This document shows, one piece after another, positions 38,101 to 51,614 of a stretch of 64,000 nucleotides of DNA. Source of the DNA: Enoplolaimus lenunculus (lineage: Eukaryota); NCBI GenBank assembly GCA_030248215.1, contig JASANG010002859.1, positions 62,001 to 126,000 on the forward strand, in the 5' to 3' direction. The notes below the pieces were generated by a model, which saw only the letters and a program-made list of their open reading frames with translations, did not search any database and had not been told where the DNA came from. The translations under genes were made by a program, and so were the position numbers. Within the stretch, counting starts at the first letter, position 1; each line of letters opens with the position of its first letter.

Positions 38101-40157
38101 CAGGTGGTCCTGTTGGAGGTGCGTTTAGTGGCGGGGGCGGAAGTTATTATCAAGGAAATCGCCCGGCGGATTTAGGTGGAGCTGGTGGCAGCTTGTATAG
38201 TGGAGGTTCAGCAGGCGGGCCGCCCGATCTATACGGTCCACTAGCTGGCGCGATGGGCCGTGGAAGTATGGGTGGACCGGTTGGAGGAGCTATGGGTCGA
38301 AATTTTGGAGGAGGCCGAGCGGGGTTCGGAGGTGCAATGCCGGACTCGATTGATCCTAGCGGTGGTGGACCTGGTGGATTAATGATGATGTCCGGCGGCG
38401 GCCCAGGTGGACCGATGGGTCCGTCTGTGGGCGCCGTAGTAATGGTGTATGGTGTCGATCACGATAATTGGTCACCAAATCGCGTGTTCAATTTGCTGTG
38501 CCAGTATGGTAATGTGCTTAAAGTAAGTGTAATCTTATTTGTTACTTTTAGTTGCCTGGTGGATATTAGTTCAGTCTGAAATAGATATTGGCGGCTATGA
38601 CTGGCAGAAAGTCGTCTCAACACCAACTACAGCCACAAATGTGATACAAGTTTATTATTCGAAATAATAAAGAATGTTCGTTCCTAACTGTATGTGTAAC
38701 TTCAAAGCTTTGAACTTCTCAAATTAAAAGCATGATGAAAATGTAGTCATGTCTCGGTCACAATTTACAATTTTTGTGCCAACTAAATTTTATTTTCTAT
38801 TGTTAGTATGATCCAGACTCGCAATATTAAAATTATTATATAACTTAATATATGATAATCTACAGGTAAAATTCATGAAAACTAAACCAGACACTGCAAT
38901 GGTGGAAATGGGAAATCATGCGCAAATGATGAGAGCTGTAAACGCGATCAGTGGCAAGGATATTTTTGATAACAAAATAACACTTCGGTAAAAGTCAGGA
39001 TGATTATATTGCGTGCCGTACTATCTTATGGCCTACGTGAATAAATATTGATCACATTTTACAATGCTATGATTATCATAATGCTTTGATTGAATGCTAA
39101 TATGAAATACTGTTATATTGTAAACTCAAAATAAAAGGTGTACACCTGTTAATTTATCTCTCTCAAGGTTAATGTGTGCATTTTGAATTTTTCTGTAAAG
39201 CTTCTCGCGCTTTTTGTATCAGTACCGAGATTTAGAATGTGAATTATAATTGTACAGTGGTAATGTTAAATCGAATAGTAAACCTGGTAGATTCATGTCT
39301 GTTTGAGGCCATCAAAACAAGCTCGACTTGAAGATATGCGTGATCCGTTTCCGTTGCCAAACGGTCAGCCGTCGTTCAAAGATTTTTCCGCAGATCGAAA
39401 CAATCGATTTTTCAATGTCAAGAACGCAGAGAAAAATCGTGTTATGCCGCCGTCGGATACTCTTCATTTCTATAATTGTCCGTTTGATTTTAGTGAAGAG
39501 GATGTTAAAGAGGTACATATACATTTTGTAGTAATTTTGCTCGACGGTGGCATTGGCGTTGCCAGGATTTTGAAGGCGGGCTGCTACGGTCTACAAAAAT
39601 TTTGAAGATGGTTTTAAAAAAGTCATAGTAGTATTGGCTTCATATGACTTCCAAAGCCGTTTGTATAGTGTGTAAAACTGAATGGCCTTGTATTGTTATT
39701 GTATTTGTAACGTTTTGCTGCAGTTGTTTCGAAAAGAGAACGCCGAGATGCCAAACGAAATAACAATATTTGACGTAAAGAATGAGCGCAAGAATCGCAC
39801 TGGGCTCGCGCGTTTTACAACTGTCAAGTCAGCGATAGAAGCGTGCGTCAAGTGCAACCATCTCAGCATTGACGTTGAACATCCAAGTAAGTTTTTTTGC
39901 TTTAATTTCTAGATTATGTTTTATAATATTCAGTTTGTTTCTTAGGAGTTGGGCTGGCCATGACAATGCATTGTCTTATCAGGGAACAACCGGACCCGTT
40001 TGTCAGACTAAAAGTAGAACGCATAATGCGTAATAGATTATCGTAATTTTCCGCTCATGTTTGCTGGTGTTTTTCTTTTAATTCATACATTGTTTTAGAT
40101 TCCAAATTCCCATATTCGTTCAAGTTGGCATTCGCAGGGGGTTCGAAGAATAATTAA
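31059..40157 (+). CDS. HNRNPL: Heterogeneous nuclear ribonucleoprotein L orthologue with 4 RRMs, 12 exons (31059-31145, 32008-32175, 33099-33214, 33575-33644, 34096-34278, 34597-34657, 37566-37640, 37903-38522, 38866-38987, 39308-39512, 39724-39886, 40099-40157), 642 aa
   Basis: hnRNP L signature peptides are present: SKVVHLR, NYSTSKSIQR, ALNGADIYSGCCTLKIEFA, VMVYGVD..RVFNLLCQYGNVLKVKFMK, KDFSADRNNRF..KNRVMPPSDTLHFYN and FPYSFKLAF. Phases are consistent and the total is 1929 nt. Confidence 0.93.
35070..35163. repeat. (TTA)n microsatellite
   Basis: Imperfect TTA run; it is the source of the poly-Asn ORF on the minus strand. Confidence 0.9.
35248..35519. mobile_element. hAT-type MITE (family F, CAGGGTG ends); relatives at 19505-19915, 27887-28311, 57723-58115
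   Basis: TIR CAGGGTGCAACCGGA with a perfect 8-bp TSD GTAAAAAC. The 27887 copy has GATATAGG/GATGTAGG. Confidence 0.8.
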
Positions 40158-42746
40158 AGCTTGAAATTAAATATACATACGTAATGTTCATAGTTTTCCT
40201 TTATTGTTTGTTTGTCTTTACGTATAACGCAGTGTGATTTTCGTTCTTGTTTATATTTAGTAATGACCATCTCTAATTTCTGAACGAACATTCTTTTCAA
40301 TCTATAAGCCTGTCAGTTTTGTAAGTGTCGAAGTACTGTACATCGTCATTTCCACTGGAACATGCTATATTTCTACTCCCTTGTTAACGAGGAGATTGAC
40401 ACCAAGTTGACGGGCATATGCCTACCGAATCGCTTGTCCGTTGTTTGTCAGGCATGCATTATGGTGTCTCAAGGCGTTTATATTCGCATACATAACTCTG
40501 TTGTTTTAGTGGGTAGTAAATGTATTGGTTTCGAACGTTCGAGCTATTAGCAAGTTGCATAGAATTATTGGCCAATGTTTACTTCAAGAGGCGTAACGGT
40601 AGATTAAGCGCATTCCTACGACTGAGCGTTGCAAAAACCGTATTCCTAAGCCTAAGCAAAAAATTAATCTAGAATCTAAACCAACTCTTTTATGGACTCA
40701 CATGAAGCCTGGGCGCCCCTTAAATTACGAGCCGAATTAGGGCTCAAGGAACTTAACTGATCTCGTGCAGGGTGCCATCGAAATTCCAGTTCCGGTAGTG
40801 CAATTCGGTATTTTCCACTACACATTTATCAATTGCGGGTTTGCCGGTAAAGTTGTTTTTAACTCAGAGTGATTTCCAATCCGGAATTCTGAGTTCTGAA
40901 AGACCTTTAGAGCTTATGTTTCTGAGTAATTTCAACTCATTCTGAGTTAAAATCAACTCCCTAGAATTTACAGTGACCTGCTACATTCATTTCAGAATTT
41001 TTGCGTTCTAAATATTGTGTTTTCACACAGGCTTCCACTTTCCAATAATGCTGGAGCGCACAGACGAAGAACAAACACATACTGGAACAAATGCTTCCAT
41101 GTCTTCAGGTCTTAATTCAAATAGAAAACGATCATGAGTCTCAAAATACTAGCACGCTGGAATTGAAAAAACTCCATCGAATATGTTTAAAATTAATGTT
41201 TTCCGAATTAAGTGTAGGTTTTACTACTATGGTCCTTGGCAAAGTTTTACATAATTTTAAGCAAACACAAAACCGTACTTTTACAAACTTACAACTAGCA
41301 AATGAAGCCGTTGTTTTATTTACATTTAAATTATTTCACTAAAGATTTACACAGTATTTAGGACAGACTTAAAATAAGTTAGTAAAATATAACTACAGTA
41401 TTTTAAGTAGTGTTTTACAGAGGTGTAGTTTCATTATATGAAATGCGGCATAATCTGGAATAAATTTTGCATCAAAGAGAAACGGCAAAATCACAAATTC
41501 TGTCTAAAATTCACACTGACACAAAGTTCAGTGGCTGTTTTTAAACACCCACAACCCTTAAGTGTCATTAGGAACGGCTGTCCCCCAATATTGCGTGACT
41601 CTCCGGGCCAATAATGAAAGTGCTAATTAGCACAGATTTCTCAAAAACGACACTTATGAACGATTTTTGGCAATTCAACATGACCTATGGCTCCGGTTTT
41701 TCCACCTTCGAATGCACCCTAGTTACTGTATATACGAGAACGTTTTGAGCAAAATCAATATCAAGTAACTAACACATCAACCAATTTTCTCAAACAAAAC
41801 AATGCGACAACCGTCACAAACGAATTTTATCACACCAAAACTACTACATACAAGAAAGAAAGAACTGATACAGAATAAAGCAAGTTTACAATCGTCATTG
41901 ATTATAGTAAACCATTTTTTGGAAAAAGTACTCTTCTGTAGCGGCACCAAAAGACCAGAGGGCCCTTAAGTAACATGGTCCTAGCAACGTTTCCCACAGT
42001 GCAAATATTTACGCATGGTATGCGGATAAACCTTACATTATAAAACCGGAAATCTACATCTTGCAGAAAATCGACCTCGGTGCAGTATAATTTATGGCGC
42101 AGGTTCACACAATCTCAGAAGAGAAATTTGCCTTTAGGTTTGTGCCGTTCGCACGTGCAAGTTTGCTCGTAAACTATGTGGTAATCTCAAATCTGAACGG
42201 TTTAAATGTCAAGAGATCTCAAACAACATTTACTCGTGTTTTGCAATTCTACCTAATTTTGTTTCACCTGCCAAGAAAATTCGTTTACCTGCGGCTCCAG
42301 GTTTTCACCTTAAGTTGCATCCTGAATGATTTGGGTATAAAAGTATGAACATTTACCCAGTATCAAAATAACTGAATTTCCGGTATATTATAACGGAGTC
42401 GGATATAGATTTTTACGGAATACTGAAATATAGCATCGGTTAGCAATTAGTCACCGTCAGACACTTGCTTCTTTTACTAAATTTGAGTGTTTTTAGCTCC
42501 TGCTTTGGTATTTTTTGCCTGAGTTGTAACTTTTCACAAATTTTATACGCACCAAAGAGCCTTTCATGCAGCAGAAAGTTAAATTTTGAAAAATCAAATT
42601 TGAATTTAGACCGTGCAGAAAAAACTCGTTTTGAAAAATAACTAATTTTTTACTTGATTGGTTATTAGCTCAAATGCGAACTTAAAATATGTTCCAGGGA
42701 AAACAGTTAAACGTGACAATAAAATATTTCGCTATCCGTTAAAACA

Positions 42747-44827
42747 CTACGACAAAAAATCTTCAACTTCCTCCAGCTCGCGTTGCTTTGCTTGTTGATG
42801 CGCCCAACATTGTTCACGAATTTGTTCACTCGCACGCCATTTGTCGTGATAAATCACATTTTGGCACCCCGGGCACTTCTTACCTCCAGTAAACGGTGGG
42901 GTTTTCATATATTCGTCAATGCAACGATGGTGAAATATATGTGAACAGTAGACGCGTTCAATAAATCGATCAGAATTTTCGTCAGTCACAATTTTGTTTG
43001 TATCAATCGGAAATGCTTTTGTTTGGCATAACGAACAGTTTTCTGTGGCGTAGCGTCTTACTGACGATATAAGAAATTCAGCTACGGGTAAAAGAGACGG
43101 CTTTGGTACAAACGGCAGTTGGGGCTTTAGTTTACCTTTTTTCAGTTTCCGCACAGCAGATGGCTGGGTACACTGACGTGCAATTTCAGTCGCTTGTCCA
43201 AGAAAATGTCGAATAAAGTTAGAAGGAAAATTGCACGAAATTATTTCAGTTTCAACTTGACGTAGCGGATATTCCTCATGTGGAATTGTTACCTTCGCTT
43301 CGATATGATAATCGTCCTATAAAATGCACCAACAACCATGAGACGAATTGCGGTGTTGTTTTAATGAAAGGGCATGTTTTAAAAGAAAGGGTATGTTTTA
43401 AAAGCATCAGTAAGAATGTATGAGCGCGGTAATCTCTGGTCCGCATTAAAAGACGCTGAAACATTTTTATAACATATGTAACATTTTTAATTTTCGGTTT
43501 CTTTCCGATCTGACCAAGCACCCAACTTTGCTTGTCAATAATTTTTATAAGAGACAACGCATCACCTCATCTTTGCGCTGTGAAGTCATACTTCTCCACG
43601 CAAAGAATGGATTTAAGAAGATTAGCATTTTGCAAAAATTTGTTTCTATTTAGGTAGGTATGTAATGATACGTTTTGTATGACAGCGTCGAGAATGACAA
43701 AAGTCTAAGTTTCTTGAAAAACTAGTAAAATGCCATAAGGAGCCAGTTTCGAAACAAATCCTAACCCAATTCCGTATACGGCAACGTTTAGCTTTACCCA
43801 GCTCATTATGCATCGTTCACCATGAAAAAATTTCATTTTGCCACCGAAAACATTATAAGGTAGGGTTAACACGTGTCAATTTTCAAAATTGTCATGCGTT
43901 AACCCTACCATAATGCGATAATTTCGTTAACCCTACCCTAACGCGTTTTACAAGAATATATACGAACGAAACATGCTTACTTTTGATATAAACAAGACAA
44001 TCTGAGAACTTTTTTGTCTGATTTTTAACGAATCTGAGGAATCAAAGCGTTGTTTGATGGTGGATATTTCATCGACACAGACACACAACGGATTTTGCTC
44101 AATAAACAAAATGACCATTCTGAGCAGAGGTAGAATTTGTTGGCCGCATATGAGCTCATCTTTGCTTGACTCGATCTTTTTCATTATGCTGTCAGTAAAT
44201 TTGTCAGACAATGTTTTAGTTTTAACTTCAATAAGTAACAGCTCACTTGGATAGTTCGACGGAAATTGCAGACAGAGGTCCACCACCTGTAACAATGTCA
44301 TGTAAATAAGTGTATAGTAATGAGTCGATGATCACGCTTCGAAAGATATGCACCTAATCTAACGTGCTGCGTTGTTGAGGTGTTGCAATTCATTTTTTCT
44401 CGGGAAAATTTTCCCTCCAGAAAATTTGCACTCTGGTAAGAATTCAAACTGAAAATTTCCACAGGACATTTTTCCCTGGGAACAACTTGTACTGCTATCG
44501 GTACCGAAAACAATTTCTTATGTTGTCTGGAAACTGATACAAGGAGGATTTTAGAAATCTACGTAAATTTTTTAGTTTGGTAAATATTTTGGTATGGTGG
44601 CGTGGACATTACGTTCACACCAAATAATCTTGAATTTGTTAGGACGCAATCCCTAACATTATTATATCAAATATATTGATCTATATTTAGATATCACTTA
44701 CCTTCATTTTACTCATAGTGATGTTGAAACGCACCATGGCGGGCACACATGAAATAACAGTAACATATTGGATGGACGGAGCAAGCCGGCGTACCTTAGC
44801 TAGCTCCTGCTCGATGTCCAAACTCAT
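42747..44827 (-). CDS. Uncharacterised tandem RWD/UBC-like plus C-terminal RING-H2 protein (putative E3 ligase), 3 exons (44827-44702, 44286-43981, 43316-42747), 333 aa
   Basis: Two phase-0 GT-AG introns. Two RWD-like YP motifs (LQFPSNYPSELLLIEV; VTIPHEEYPLRQV). RING-H2 pattern CSLC...YCSHIFHHRC...CPGC. A TTTTCAG about 45 nt upstream of the ATG may be a trans-splice acceptor. Confidence 0.82.
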
Positions 44828-46050
44828 ATTCTTATAGTAACATGAGCGTTATAGTCTTTAAAACATAAGACTGAAAATAACGGTTCGTGTCGATACACAG
44901 CTTTATAACTAATTTCGTTAGTTAGCGGTAAATGACACTTGACTTAGAATACAAAATTCAGGCAATGAATTCAATTTTCGCCCTGCAGAGTTCAACTGTA
45001 AACACAGTGAGAAACGCACTACCGCTGAGCCACGCCGCCTGAAAATCAATTGCTGAGTTTTCTAGTTTTTGTGCCTTATAAGACCCTCATTATACACTCT
45101 TGCGTCTAGGTTCTTTCGCGTTTCTACTGCTGCTGAATATGATGTATCCGACGTGCAGTGTCAGCATCAGCATATTTATTTTGCCTCCATGAATCCGCAT
45201 GTCACATACATTATGTAACCAGCAAAAATGGCTTTAACTAAAAGGAGTTCGTCTTAATTATGTGCTTGCGCTAGTACAGTTTTCCGTGTTTGATCAAAGG
45301 AATTAGACATTTGTGTCATGCAGTTATTTACAACATGAACAAGTGATACGTACTTTATCTGAACGTTACCTGTCGTGGTGTACTTATGCTGGGAAAATTA
45401 TATTATTCTCCAATGCGCTTCGATGTCAGAGTTAACTAACTTCGTGAATAAGTTGCAGAATTGTTACTTTCACTAGCCATCTCTTTACACAGTTTTTATA
45501 TTTGCGCAGAAGATTGCGTTGTTTGTTAACCAATTGGAGAATGTTGGATGTGAACGCATATTGCTTGGAAACAAATGTTTTGTCGGTGATACTAATTTTG
45601 AAAAGAGCATATTGCTACCTTAGATACTTCGGATCGAGGACAAAGTGCATCCGTGCAAGTAGGTGGTTCGAGAATTAGTGGCTTTTTCCGGGACGTCTAA
45701 AATAACAGTTTGGTAAACATTAGAGGTGGATCAAGTAGATCCGATTACAAAATTGACAAATCTATTTTTCGTATAGAGATTGAGGAGAAACTTGGCGAAA
45801 TCCGTAACTGTGCCACCTGTCACTTCTGTTTTGTTTGACCCATGGTTACTCGGACATATGGCATCTGCATATTCCCAAAACAAGAACAAACCAACCGTAT
45901 GTAAAATTTGGTTCAGTATTTCATGCAATCGACCAAAAAGCGTCTTAATACTATTCTCTCGCTTTAGTCGTTAAGTTTCCTTCTCACTTTTACTTTTGGA
46001 TTGGATCAGGGTAGCCTATGTTTACGCTTACAGTTCACGTGGCATTATAA

Positions 46051-46786
46051 CCCCTTCAGTGTATATACGTTAAATAGTATATATCACACCGTGTTTAACA
46101 ATTGCAACACGTATACATAGTACTAAATCACCACAAGACGTGACAGCCCCCTCGGGCTCGAGCGTCAAGCTCCTATAGCTGAGTGGTGATGGTATACGCC
46201 TCCCACTCCAGTCACTGGAGTTCGAATCGTAGCATAAAAGTAGGTCTCAGGGGAAATAGAAAATATTCATGTGAGAAAGGGTTAAAGACGCCAAAACGTG
46301 GTCATATCCAACAGATCCAGGAAACGGTTTCTCTGCGGACCGACGCGAAACCAGAAGTTTGTAGTAGGTAATTCTGCCAAAATTGCGTTTGACTGTTCAC
46401 TTGATTCGCTTTCGAACTTTCGTTTACAAGATATTCCAACTACATGCGTGAGAATCAGATAGACGTTAAATAAAAATGACTAACAGGCGTTTAAGCGAAA
46501 AATTTTCAGTTTACTATCTATAACCCCTTCTCACATTGAGTTGCATATAGGCAACTAATCGCAGTATATATACGTTAAATAATGTACATCGCACCGTGTT
46601 TAACAATTGCAACACGTATACATAGTACTAAAACACCACAAGACGTGACCGCCCCCTCGGGCTCGAGCGTCAAGCTCCTATAGCTGAGTGGTGATGATAT
46701 ACGCCTCCCACTCCATTCACCGGAGTTCGAATCCTAGCATAAAAGTAGGTCTCAGGGGAAATAGAAAATATTCATGTGAGAAAGGG
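46051..46786 (+). mobile_element. Two family P MITEs (46051-46281, internally deleted; 46524-46786)
   Basis: Same TIRs and internal A/B box sequence. Confidence 0.85.
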
Positions 46787-49700
46787 TTAATGATAAAACT
46801 GAATACACCCATAATATGCACATCACGAAAATAATTTCAACCAAGAATATATTCCGTTTTTGTGTTCAAAATAAACCTGAAAAAATTGAGTCCCTATGAG
46901 TGTCCAGGCAACAACTGGTAAATAGTGCACTATGAGGAATACTACTATAGTTTTTTAACAGAATTTCTGTAAAATCTAAGTTTTAAGTATCGAGATAACA
47001 TCAGGCGGCATTTTATTAATCGTGCTTTAGTGTCAAAGGGAGGTTAGTGATGCGGGGTTTACGTTATAAAACTGGGACAGTCCGGAACTTGTTTTGTTCA
47101 TGTCGATTCGAGGTCAACAGGGATTGTGATCTAGACAGCAGACAGCGAGTCGCTGTAAATTTCGGTGAGTTGATTTTAACTTAGAATGTGTTGAATCCAC
47201 TCAGCGATCTGAACACTGAATGAGGTTATTGAGACCTCAGAATTCTGAGTTGATTGAATGTATTCTGAGTTAAAAAATTAACTAATAAAGAATTAAATCA
47301 GCTCAGAGTGAGTTAATGTTTACTGTTATTAACTCAGAAATAGCCAGAAATAACCAATTCTTCCCCTGAGTTGATTATAATCAACTCATCGGAATTTACA
47401 GTGTATGCCAACAAAATGTGAATGACTCAGATTATTTTAAATAGATTTGGTATAATACCAGATGTTCGATATAAAGCAGTACGGCTATAGTTGGCTAAAT
47501 TAAATTTGTATATGTGACCACTTCTTTGACATTTACGCTCTCGGTAGGCACGTCCTGATATTGCTTAGGCAAAAACACGTGGATGCCTTAAAACCTTTTG
47601 GTGCGTTTCAATAGAAGCAGCTGGGCGGCGTTATAAATGAAACTACTCTGTAATTATTAGAAATTATGCTTACAGCACCATTGTTATTTTTGCAATTAAT
47701 ATTTTCAAGAAGTGGAACTACACGTATTGAGCGAAGCTCAACACACTTATGCAATTAAGCTAATATGCAAATTAATTAATAGCTAACTATTCTTTTATCG
47801 GTTTTGAACGTTTGTAAACAATTTATTCAGATTCTTCACACCCAAAAATACTTCAGAACTTTAATTAGTGAAATATTGCAAAAGTCATAGAAATGAAATT
47901 ATATTGCCTGTAACCCTAATAATGCGGCTCTCAACACTGCAAATTCCTGAGTTGATCAATCAACTCAGAGGAAAAATTGGTTATTTCTGGTTATTTCTGA
48001 GTGAATAACAGTAAAACATTAACTCACACTGAGCTGATTTAATTCTGGCTTAGTTGATAATTTACTCACAGTGACATTCAATCAATTCAGAATTCTGAGT
48101 TCTGAAAGACCTAATTGAGAGCTCACACCTTTGAATGGATTCAATTCATTCTGAGTTAAAATCAACTCACTGAAATTTACAGTGAACTGTGTTCTTCAGC
48201 CGATTTGCTACTGTGTTTCTTACTCGGATAAAACTTCTCTAATACAGCTGCAGCTGTACTAAATTGTTTTGCTTTCGTGCACTTGGCGAATATAAATTCA
48301 CTTTCACTTTCACTGTGCAGAACACTGATTCTATTCGCTGCAATGTTTGCTATAAGGCGATCAATCACACAGATCGTTACAATTGAAATGTTTTTTCGAT
48401 ATAATTTTCTGAATTATTTTACTGTTGTTTGCCACCAAATACACTGTAAATTCCAGTGAGTTGATTTCAACTCAGAATAAGTTGAATCACTCAGTCTTAG
48501 TTAGGACTATCAGAACTCATAATTCTGAGTTAATTCAACTCATTTTGATTCAATTAATGAACTCCCCCGGAATCAACTCAACTCAGAGTGAGAATCGACT
48601 CAACTCAGAGTGTGTTAATCTTTACTGTTATTAACTCAGAAAAAACAGTTTACTGTTATTAACTCAGAAAAAACTAGTTTTCCGTCTGAGTTGGTTAATA
48701 ATTGACTCACAGGAATTTACAGTGATACTTTCTATTAACAAATTATTGAGTAGTTATTCACTACGAAGCGCCCCGGGTAACCAGTAGCAAATTTCTTGAT
48801 CCGATATTGTCTGAGTATTAATCTACGTAATCATGGACTAATCAACATGTTAACACTCTTTGTACAGCAGTAAATTAAAAGTTTGCTTTAAAAACGACGT
48901 TACACTACTGTAGTGACCCGAATAAAGGGTTAATTGACATTTATGGACTATTTAGGGTTTAGCGACCCTATCCGATGCGGACTCTTATTAGGGATACGGA
49001 CTCTTATTGATTCGGACTCAAAATGGGGGTCCCCTCTTATTACCCCCTCTTATTCGGGTCAATGCAGTACATGCCTTGGAGCGAATATTCTTTGTTTCAT
49101 CCATGTTTTTCGAAAAAACGCATGCAAAAGCTGAAAGCTTGAAAAAGAAAATTTACGCTACATTCGTCAGAAAACCGAAATATTTTGGTGTGACAAATGA
49201 ACTCTGATTGTATATATTGCAAGCATATCCAATTTACTCAAAAAAGAACCTAACTCTTTTACACACGATGGCTTTAATTTGCCTGAAGTATGACCGTGCC
49301 AGCTATATGTATTTCTCATAATTAAAAATTCTACTGAGGTATGCCATACCCTCACGCGTGCCATATGTGTCACTTGTGAATTTAAGGTCTATAAACTAGC
49401 AAACTGCGGTAAGTTTCGTTTAACCTGTTCATTTACAAGGTACAAATGTCAGTGGAACACCACGTTTGTTCTAAAAACAGTATTTTTATGGCACCGGTAC
49501 AACCGATGGTCTGCTTTACGGTTTCGGTGCAAAAACAACCCTCAATTCCGACTCAGACTCGGGTACATTTTGCCGGACGTTCCAGAAAACTTCAACCGCA
49601 ATTTGGAAGCTTTAATTAGCGAAATTTCTGAAAAAAAGCTGAAACAAATTTGTCTGTCATTTTGATGATTATTGTTAATATATATTTAGCATATTTTTTA

Positions 49701-51614
49701 TTTTTCATACAAGATTCCAGACGCGGATTCGCTAAAATTTGTTGACCTCCGACTGTGTCTCCAGGTCCAGTTTTGTTCACATTCGGTTGCACAATTGACA
49801 TTGTGGCCAATGTAAGGGACGTAACAGTATTTTAAGCGTATTCCTATTAGCATAAGCCTACGAATAAGCGTTGCAAAAATGTGTTTCTAAGCCTAAGCCT
49901 AAGCATAAAAATGTAATCTGGAATCTAAACCCTGCTGTTTTACAGATTCACCAGAAACCTGGACGCCGCTAAATTAACATGGGCCGGCATTGTTTTGCAG
50001 CACCTTAATTTAAAAGTCAGTGAACTATCGCTTTTACTAGCGTAACAGTTGAATAGCATGATTACTGCTCCACTTATGGGCAAAAATGGTGAAATTGGCA
50101 ACAGGCCAACTCACCTACATAGGATCGTCAGTCCAATGTTTTAAACACAGGCTGGCCCATGTTACTTTAAGGGGCGTCCAGATTTCTGGTGAATCTGTAA
50201 GAGCAGGTTTAGATTCTAGAGTCAAATTCGACTCGCTGAGAGCTCGAGTGAATCGAATTTGACTCTAGTGGCGTCGAATTTGACTCTAGTGGCGTCGAAT
50301 TTGACTCCGTTTGTGTGGTCCGGAAAAGCCCATTTCGGAAAGAGTCAATGTGGCTCACCATTTTTTGCAGTGTACCTCTGTAACGGTCCAGTTCTTTACA
50401 TAAATCGCTTTTGGTGTCGATGAATGACTGTACATTTTGCAATACACAAAAGATTTCTTCATATTTAAAGAAAAGTTTCCTTGAATTACAAAACGTTAAT
50501 TTTTAGTAGAATATAAATCATGGTCGAAAATTATTTATCACAGAAATTCTCATGACAAAAATTGAAACTAAAACGTTTACTGTTGACCAGAAACAATGCG
50601 GCCAATGTTGCTTTTAGGACCGTAACTGTATTTTAAGCGTATTAGGCTTAGGCTTAGAAACACATTTTTGCAACGCTTATTCCTATTAGCATAAGCCTAC
50701 GAATAAGCGTTGCAAAAATGTGTTTCTAAGCCTAAGCCTAAGCCTAAACAAAAAAATGTAACCTAGAATCTAAACCTACTCTTTTATAGACCAGCCAGAA
50801 ACCTGGTCGCCCCTTAAAGTAACATGGATCAACAATGCAATAAACCATTTTTCCATCTTTTTCAAACAAAATTATAAAGTTTCAGGTAATATTTTTAATC
50901 GAATGCTGATATTGCGTTCTCTGTATTAAAAGCAAAACTGTTCAACACGAATTGTTCGTTTTAAAGTACTAATACTTAGTTCAGACCATAGTGTAAACGA
51001 ATAATAAAAACAACCCATGTATAGATCAGGGCCGGATCGTATTGCGGAGGGGCTGTAATAGAATCAGTTTAAGCTATAAACAAAATTTTTTGATTAGTCT
51101 TTAAGCTTAGGCTTAATAGGCTACTGCTTAGGTATATGCTAATCTTTACGCTTAGGCTTAGGCTTAGGCTTACGCTTAGGCTTAGGCTTAGGAATATATA
51201 TGCTTACTGTTGCGGCCCTGTTCTATATATACATGGGCTATAAAAATAATGGAAATGTAACCGAATAGTGGTCGAAATAACGGAAACGCAAAACGAATGT
51301 TGAAGTATAAAAGTTTTAAAGATGTTTTATTTTCTGTCAACACAATTGAAATGTGCAAATATTTCCGGGTTTTCTAAAACTTTTAATTTCGATAGCATTT
51401 CGTAATTGCTTTATATCATTTCAAGCAATGCAACTTATCAGTATGAAAAAAATTGCGAGATATACCTGATTTATAACTAATGTACGTAAAGATAACGGAA
51501 TTTCCGGTATTTCTATAACGGAAACAGAAACGGATATCCGGTTACTCCCTAGTTCCGACGGAGCTATTCATACGATCTGGAACAATGATTAACAATTTTA
51601 AATTTTAAATTTAA

